A stretch of DNA of 63,131 nucleotides, the filler included, from Conidiobolus incongruus B7586 (Eukaryota): assembly GCA_000697335.1 (NCBI GenBank). It is 8 parts of 8 records of this genome, joined end to end, with 100 filler letters (N's around TTAATTAATTAA, not from the genome) between each part and the next. Parts side by side here need not be neighbours in the genome. Positions count along the whole stretch, not along the records: positions 48,598 to 58,589 come from JNEM01006588.1; positions 58,690 to 60,411 come from JNEM01006589.1; positions 60,512 to 63,131 come from JNEM01006592.1; 5 more parts are not named here. One strand, 5' to 3'. Below, in pieces: positions 54,101 to 63,131 of this stretch; position 1 is the first letter of the stretch; each line of letters begins with the position of its first letter. Below the pieces are notes generated by a model. The model worked only from the letters and a program-made list of their open reading frames with translations. It searched no databases and was not told where the DNA came from. The translations under genes and the position numbers were made by a program.

Positions 54101-57100
54101 TAAAGTGATCAGATATTGATTTAATTTTATTTTAAAATGAAATATTTTAATAATTTCAAAAATAAAAGATATAATTATAAAATTTCAACCTTATTATAAT
54201 TATTGACTTATTTTAATTATATAAAATATTATATAATAATAATACTTATATATTGTTTTATAGCTCAAACTCAATACATACATATATTATAGGATATAAA
54301 TAGTAACCTTATTATTAATAAAATAATATTTAGCAAAAAGGAATATAATTTATTATTTAAAGTTTTATCATTTTTTTGATAATCAAATATTTTAATGATA
54401 ATTAAAAAAGAGGATTAAAGCTTTTTTATAAGAATCCTATATAATTTCCTTCAATGCCCTATATATTAAGGGTGAATTATTTTTAATTAATATATGCAAA
54501 AGTAACCTAATGTTGTTAGCTAAGTTGATAATACATATTAATAATATCTACTTTATATAATGATTAATAAATTTTATTATTGTGGCTTTGAAAATATTAT
54601 ATAATATTTCTAGCTTTAGTGTAATTATTACTCTGACTCCCAAAAGGCTGAATTAAGTTTCAATCCCTATTATTCACCTTCTTAATTCCAGAATTACCTC
54701 CTCTGTTATTAACTCTAACGATTTAAAAAGGATATATAGTTTTTTTTCCTGAGTAATAGTTTTATATAATATTAGAGTATCTAAATTAAAAAGTTATTTC
54801 TTTGAAAGTTTTATGCTTACTCATATTATTTAAACTAGTAAAATTTAATTATTTGACCAATTAAAAAAAGGGATATTAATACTTTAAAATACTAAAAAAT
54901 CTGATTACATGAATCTTTTATTATCCTAATTTTAAATCAATATCATAATTTTTTATATTATATTTAATTTAATAAATGCATAGTATTTTAAACTTATTAT
55001 AATTATTAAAGATTATGAAAAAATACTCGTTTTAGAATATTAATATAAGAGAAAATTAAATATAATTAATACTATATATTTATAAAAATATTACATTATT
55101 GAAAATTTATAAAACAATAAATTATGAAAATATATAATATTTTAAATAAATAAGCTACTATAATATATGAACATATTATATATAATATATAGGATATATT
55201 GAATATATTAAATTAATTAAATTAATTAAATACATTAAACAAAGAAAATTATATAATGATGACAAATTAAAAATAGTTCACTTATAAAACCCCTGGATAT
55301 TTATGAACTTTTATTAGATTAGATTCCTTATCTATTTCTTTATCATTAAATTAACATTTTGAATTTTAAATTTGAAAAAGGTATAAATTAGAGAAATTAT
55401 AACATTTTATTTCTTATCACTCTTTCAATTTTTAACTTTTATCTTTACCTTTAGTGGTTTTTTATCGAGTAAATTCACTATTGACAATGGCTTAGCTATT
55501 CCAACTCTGTCTCTGCTATCTCCTTTGTTGGTTTATCCATAGTTGTTAGACCTTTTTGACCATCCATCCATTTTGTATTCCTTAAAATTCTCCTTGACCC
55601 ATCAGTTGTGTTGTGGTGCGTGCGGCTGACGAAAGCACACCCAGTTCTCACCTCAGGTTGCTATTCAGATGTTAACTTAATAATGAAACATTTACTGAAT
55701 CAGTTAGAAGTTTCAAAGAATAACATTATCGAATAAGCAAGAGTAGTAGTGTAGATCTGGGTCACTGCTTATCAGCTTTGACCACCCTTCACCAGAAGTT
55801 GTCTAGTGAGAATAACTAAAGGAATATATCTAATTCACTTGTAATCTTTCATGTTCAAGTGAATTATTATCCTCAAGGATATATGGATGTGAGTCTTATA
55901 TATATACTCAAACTTTTGGATTAAGCTTCTTTATTTTAACACTGTTTATATACCGCCTTTGTTCTGAAATTTTGATATCCTTAATTTTAAATATTATATT
56001 TTTTGGGCTTAAATTTTGGTTCTTTCATGATTTATTATATTCGTTAGCTATATTTATCTAGAAGTATATTACCTTAATGCACTTTAATATATGTTTTTCT
56101 AACTATTATTTTAGATTACGATTATGTTATGTTATGGCCTCTTAATAAACATTATATTTCCCTCTTTTATTGAAATTATATATTTTCTTTTATATTACTA
56201 ATAAACTATTCTAACATATTTTTCTTTTTTGTCTTTTTTAATTAAAATTATATTTTTTTATATGTTTTTATTATTAATAAAATTTCATATTCGTAAGTTA
56301 TCATTTATAACTATTATATCATATATTTTATTATTATATTATTAAATATCATATAACTTCTTATTTTAATTTTTATTTATTTAATTATATTGCTTAAAAA
56401 AGAAATTATAAAATATCAGTATTTCTCCAACCTAAGCTCTTAAAAAGTTATAGCAGTCATTGTTCCATTAATGCAAGCTATAATAGTTAGTTATTACAAG
56501 CTCACAAAAAGAGGAATATATTCAATAAGTTCTCACATGATAGCAGTAACTATTATGCGATTATTAGGTTTAGTAGGATATAAAACAGGAAGATTCATAT
56601 GAAGTATGATAAATTGATTTATTAATTTCAAATGATATAAGGCTTATTATAGTAAAATTGAACAAATATATATAAAGAAGGAAAGAATTATAAGAAAAAG
56701 AAAATATCAAAGAATTGAGGATGTATTAAGGTGGACAATAATAATAGCATAGTGGTTATGACTTATAAATTAGGCATGACTTTGAGGGGATGGGAAAGGT
56801 GTATTGTTTATTACTATGATAATACAGAAATTATAAAAATATGAAAATCAGCTGTTATATTAACCATTTTAATTACATTTTCAAATTTCTACTTTGTTTT
56901 AAGATTAATAATTTCAAATAAATATATAATAACGTTACTAAAGCTTATTTTAAATATTATGTGCATTTATTATTTTGGAATAAAAATTGGAAAATTACAT
57001 TAAATATAATGAATTATATATTAAATCATTCTTAATATAATATTAGAAATAACATATAATTTTATTCAAAATTTGATTAAGTTATATTATTGATAACATA

Positions 57101-58689
57101 TTTTCAAATTTAATAGAATGGATATTAATTAAATTTTAAAAAATGAATTTATATGTGTAATCATTAAATTACAAATATATTCAAATTTCTTAATATTCTT
57201 ATTCAAATATTAATCAGAATATATATCAATTAGGAAAGAAATAGTTGACAAATTATTTAATTTCAGATTTTTATATCATATTTTTATTTCGAAAAAAACA
57301 ACTATATATAAAATAAATTAAAGGATTTATACTTTCATAATATATATATATATATATTAATTTATAGAAATAATTTCATCAAAATGTTTTTAATTAAAAA
57401 TTAAACATTAAATAGTTATACTTGAACAAAAGGGTGATCATCATAAATGTTTTATCTGAAAATTAAAACTCAACCAACAAACCTCTTATAATCATTTAAG
57501 ATTCACAAGTAGCTTATTGATATAGTTTTATTTAAAATAACCATATATTGCTAAATTTTTTCCTTCACAACTAAAAGAGATAAAATTCAAATTTTATAAA
57601 AATTTAAAAAACAATTTGTATTATTTTTTTGTATATTATTCAAGTTAAAAATATACTTAAATTAACTTTTTATTTTATCTTAAGGATTTCCTATGTAATT
57701 GACTATTGTTGTATTTCAAAATTAATCATCCCTTTTAGTTTGATAGCTAAACCAATATTATTTCTATTTTAAGCTAGCTTTGTTAGTTTATAATTAAAAG
57801 ATACTCTTTGTTTTCTTTGTTCTCTTTATTAGATTTACCCAAACCTTATATCATTCATTAATTTAATTATTTAAACCCAATATTAATTAAGATAGAAAGG
57901 AAGTTTTTTTTGGATATTCTACTACAATATCTCAACAATAAATTCTAAAACCTATAGCCTTAATATATTAAAGAGTAAAATTAATAAATAGTTTACTAAA
58001 TTATATTTTGAGTATTTTTTTAATTATAATCATAATTTATAAAACCTAATATAAAAACACAATATTATTAATAATATAAGTATAATATATATTAATATTC
58101 AAACCTAATTTTCTTAATAAAAATATAAAATTAATTCTTTATAAAGTAATAAAATGTTAGAAAAGCTAAAGAAAATGAAACTAAATTAAATTTATCAAAT
58201 TATTATTAAAAACAAAGGTATTTAAATTGAATTATTATAATTAATATATTCTAGATCCTTTTTTATAATCCTTTGTTTAAAAACAAAATATAATATTTAC
58301 TTAGGCTATAACAGCCCTTTTTATAATTTTGAATAAAAAATAAAATTATTTTTAAATAAATATAAATTATAGTAATAAATGAAAATAATATATGATTTTT
58401 TTATTTAATACTTAAAAATAAATTATTCAATAATAAGTTATATATTTTATATTAACCCAAATTTTTTTAATTAATAAATTTTTATAAATTATTTTTATTA
58501 TTTTGCATTTTATTTTCAATATATATAAAACTCAGATTTTAAAAGAATTTATATTCAAATAATTTTAAAACAATTATATCTAATATATTNNNNNNNNNNN
58601 NNNNNNNNNNNNNNNNNNNNNNNNNNNNNNNNNTTAATTAATTAANNNNNNNNNNNNNNNNNNNNNNNNNNNNNNNNNNNNNNNNNNNN

Positions 58690-59925
58690 ATAAATATATA
58701 TAAAACAAATAAGAGAATAAATAATTTTAAATTATATATATATATAATAATTTTTTTTGATTATAAAATTAACTTTTTAAAATTAGTTATTTAATTTAAT
58801 TAAGCTTAAATTAAATAATAACTATTAAAAGTTTTTTATTTTATTATTAGTAAAATTTAACCATAAACCCATTAAAATCATTTAAAATTTACAAACAGCT
58901 TTTGATAATAAAATATTATTTAAATAAACAATTTATTATTAAATAAATTATTTTAAGATTAAAAAAAGAAAATACCTAAAACCTATTAAAATTTAAAAGA
59001 TTAATTTTAACTATTACTTTTTTAATTATTATTAAAGTTAAAAATTATATTAAAAAATACCTTTTTATTTTAGCTAAAGGATTATCAAGATATTTTAATA
59101 TTAGTTACATAAGTATTTTATATATATTACAGTTTCAATTAAAATTAATTAATAAAAATATAAAATAGATATCTTATAATTTAACTAAAGCTTAAAAAAA
59201 GCTAAAATAGCTATTATTAAACTAAACCTACTAAAGTATAATTAAAAACCAAAGCTTTTGTAGTAAATTATTACAATTGATGGATCTTGGATTTTTTTGT
59301 ATAATCTTTTGCTAAACTATAAATCAAAGTGTTAGATTAAGGTAAATTAATCCCCTCCACAAATTTTTTTAAATAAACACTTTATTAATAAGTGAATATT
59401 TATTATTATAATAAATTATAATAATATATGCTATTTTTATTTAATTTTTAAAAGAAAATCAATTAATAGTAAACTTTATATTTTTTTTAAATAAAATTAT
59501 TTCTAATTAGTATTCTAAATTTAATTTAAGAAAACCTATTATTTTGTATAATAATTATAAAATATATAAATTTAAAATTGTAAAAAACTTTTTAATTAAA
59601 AATAACTAGAAAAAACTACCAAATCTAGTATATTTTTTAGATTATAACCTATGTGATTATAATTATTTTAGTTAATTAAAAAATAAGCTTATAAAAAAAA
59701 TATTTTATAAGCAAATTTAATTAGTTTGTGAAATATCAAATTTTAGTCTTTAATAAAAAGAATTATTTTTTAAATATTAGATCTTTATTAAAAATATAGT
59801 AAAAAATTATTAATAATAAAAGAAATTATTAATTTTATATTATTATTTATTTTTACTCTTTATATATTAAAATGTTTATTTTTTTTCAATCACAAAAAAT
59901 TCCTATTATTTCAATTATAAAATAA
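58690..59925 (+). mobile_element. Near-complete mariner copy
   Basis: Residual IITIDGSWIFLY at ~59270. Right TIR cacaaaaaattcctattatttcaattataaaataa followed by TA. Confidence 0.85.
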
Positions 59926-59929
59926 TAAT

Positions 59930-60405
59930 ATCTATTTTAGCTTTTACTAAGCTTTAGTTTAATTATAAGATACCTATTCTATATTTTTATTAATTAATTT
60001 TAATTTAAATTTTTATATATATAAAATATTTAAGTAACTAATATTAAAATATCTTTATAATTTTTTAATTAAAATAAAAAGTATTTGTTAATATATTTTT
60101 GACTTTAGTAATAATTGAAAAAATAACAGTTAAAATTAGTGTTTTAGATTTTAATATATTTAGATAGTTTTTCTCTTAACTTTAACATAATTTATCCAGC
60201 AATAAATTGTTGATTTAAATAAAATTTTATTACCAAGAGTTATTTATAAATTTTAAATAATTTTATAAAATATATAGTTTAGTTTTATTAATACTTATAT
60301 AAAAAACTTTTAATGATTACTATTTGGTTTAAGTATAATTAAATTAAACAACTAATTTCAAAAAACTATTTTTTTAATCAAAAAAAATTATTAATAATAT
60401 ATATA
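59930..60405 (-). mobile_element. Mariner fragment (5' part of the transposase)
   Basis: Matches ~45845-46310 of the full copy. Confidence 0.75.
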
Positions 60406-60511
60406 ATTGCANNNNNNNNNNNNNNNNNNNNNNNNNNNNNNNNNNNNNNNNNNNNTTAATTAATTAANNNNNNNNNNNNNNNNNNNNNNNNNNNNNNNNN
60501 NNNNNNNNNNN

Positions 60512-60996
60512 CTAGAAAATATTAAGAATACCTCAACCTACCATACCTATTTGCAAAAAATTAGGGAGTGTGTCTCCTCTAAGAGACCCACTGGGGGAGT
60601 GTTAAGAGACTAGTTCTCTAAATTCTTATATACACTTTATATAATCCAATTAACTATAAATTATATGATTAATTTATACTTATATAGTTAAATTAATTGT
60701 ATAAATAGTATTAAATTATCTAATAAACTAGGTTCCTCTTTTTCCTCTCAATTCTTACTATTTTTACCTTTACACTATTTCTAAGATTGAGACTATATTC
60801 TGTTGATATTGTAGGATATTGGCACTACCTAATATAAATCTTAATATATCAGTGACTCATCCTAGTTTGAAGCTTAATTAAACTTTGTTTACACTTGCAC
60901 GCTACAGCCACATTATATTACCACGTTCTGCGCCACACTACTTTTATATTAAGTCTTCCTCTGCACTATATTAGTTTAACTACCACTATGCTTACA
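60512..60996 (+). mobile_element. 3' end of an LTR retrotransposon, probably Ty1/copia (PPT plus 3' LTR 60600-60996)
   Basis: Polypurine tract GGGGGAG immediately followed by TGTTAAG...CTTACA. The upstream residues PQPT...CKKLG resemble a copia RNase H end. Confidence 0.7.
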
Positions 60997-61128
60997 ATAT
61001 ATATATATATATATATTAAAAATATATAATTTCCTATTAACTTTGTATATATTTATTCATTTCAAATTAATAATATGTTTGTAAAATCAGAAATTAAAAA
61101 ATTTCCCATTATTTCAAATTCAAGGTAA
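60997..61128 (-). mobile_element. Mariner left terminus
   Basis: aaaaatttcccattatttcaaattcaaggtaa followed by TA; matches ~46310-46426. Confidence 0.75.
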
Positions 61129-63131
61129 TATTATTAAAATTTAATATAAATATTCTTGAAAAATTAACCATCTTAAGAAAACTTTAAACTTTTATTTATT
61201 TATAAAGATTCTTTAATTTATAATATTATTAATTCTTTTAAGATTAATTGAGATATTTATAAAAATGACTTTATAACTTAAGATTATTATAGAAATGATA
61301 TAAAATTTATTTTTTTTAATTTCACATATAGATAATTTTCTTAAAAAGTTTAAAATACTTATTTAATATATTTGATATGTTTATTTAATTATTTATTATA
61401 TATTAAAATATTGTTAAAATAAATGATAACAAATAGGTTTAATTATAGATAAAATATTTTTATAACATAATATTAAAATATTATAAATATGTTAATTAAT
61501 TTTTAGATATAGTTAATCACTTAAATAAATTATATTAGTATTTAATTATAGTTTTTTATTTATCTTTTGTATAGATATAAATAAGATGGTAAATATTATA
61601 AAGATTTATTTAAGTATATATTTTAGTGTCTTTAATTTTATTTAATAATTTAATAATTCAAGGTGGAGGAAAATTATCTTTAATAGTTAAATTATTGAGT
61701 TTTTTATAGTCTTAACAAATTCTCCAAATGTTATCTTTTTTTTATAAAAAAAATAGGATATTAATAAAAAACAATAATTAGTATATTAAACCTTTTTTTA
61801 AGATATTTATTATCAAATTTTTTAAGTAATTATTTTATTCTTAAGTTAATAAATATATTATAAAGTTATGGTAAAATTTTTAATTAAGTTGATAATATGA
61901 TTAGCATTTGAATAATTAAATAATATACTAATAAAGTATTGTGAAAATATTGTTCTAAACTTATTATATTATTTTTGAAATATTAAATAATTTAGATTTA
62001 GTCATAAAATATAATTTCTCTAATTTTATTTTTAAGAAAGATATATTAAATATTAGTGAGTGATTTAAATAAAATATAATTTATTATAATTTAAAGTTAA
62101 TATATAAAGTTAAATAGTTAAAGAACTATATCCCAAGTATAATAGGAATTAGTGATTTTAATAAATAAAATTAAACTAGAATTTTAATTTCACTAATATA
62201 AATATTAATTAAGCTAGTGATCAGATTAATATTATTGATTATTCTATTATCTATTGAAATAATATTATGCTTGCTATTATTTGTTTTATATTTAAAATTA
62301 TAATTGATAATTAATATTCTTAATATATAATATTTACACCTACTAGTATCAGTTAAATATTACAAATTAATTTTATTAATTTTAATTTTAATAAATATAT
62401 AAGAAGTTAAGTAAATTATTTAATCTAAAATAATAATTAATAATTAGTTATCATATTAACTAATTTAGTTAATATTAAAAGTATTTTGAAATTAGGTTGG
62501 TAAGTTAAATAAATATTAAATTTTTATTATTAAACTTATAATTAGCTTTTTTATATTTAGGTTGAATATAAGTTAAGTATAAGTTTAGTATTAGTTTCTT
62601 ATTTAATTCTTATAAGGAAAATATTTGGTTATTGTTTTTAACTAAAGTTATAATCTTAGTATATGGTTTTAATTAATATTTTTTAAAGTGTTTTTCCTTT
62701 TCTAAAGCTTTGATTTACTTAATTATAGTTTCTAATATATTATTGTTTATAGTTTTAACTATTTCTTCCCTTAAGTATAATAATAGGTTATCAATAAAAT
62801 AAAAGATTTAAATTTATGATAACAAAGAATAACCTTTTAAAACACTTATTATTTTAAATATATATTTATAAATAGTTACTTTAATTTTTTAGATATATCT
62901 TTTTATTTAAATAATAACTTTTTTTAATAAGTTTATTATATTAAAAAGATATTAAATTTTCTTTTAAATTTTAAAAAATTATTTATTAGTTTTAATTCTT
63001 AGTTTAATATAAGTTTAATTTATTTATATATTTTCTCTTAAAATAAGTTCTTTATTAGATTAATTTTAGCTGAATTTACAAAATGATTCTAGTTATTTAA
63101 GTTAAAAAATTATTGAAATAATTATATACAC

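Noticed and set aside
55626..55640. CTGACGAAA, like a hammerhead ribozyme core
   Set aside because: There is no stem II between CUGANGA and GAAA and no convincing stems I or III.

Overview
Very AT-rich eukaryotic scaffold with short (~50-55 nt) GT-AG introns. The gene set and the SRP RNA type suggest an early-diverging fungus (inference). Seven 100-bp artificial gap spacers (N44-TTAATTAATTAA-N44) split it into contigs. Recognisable genes are a GH16 glycosidase, PIF1 helicase with a convergent PIF1 pseudogene, a CLIP-170/Bik1-like CAP-Gly protein, a Rax1-like RGS membrane protein, casein kinase I, TYW1, two unknown ORFs and a terpene-synthase-like pseudogene. RNA genes are a full-Alu SRP RNA and tRNA-Thr(AGT). 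Much of the AT-rich DNA is about a dozen mariner copies plus Tc1 elements, riddled with C>T/G>A changes (RIP-like), some nested, alongside short GC-retaining LTRs. The two most notable signals are an unexplained ~540-nt highly structured GC island just upstream of the tRNA (candidate large ncRNA, possibly telomerase RNA) and the apparent length-dependent hypermutation of repeats.
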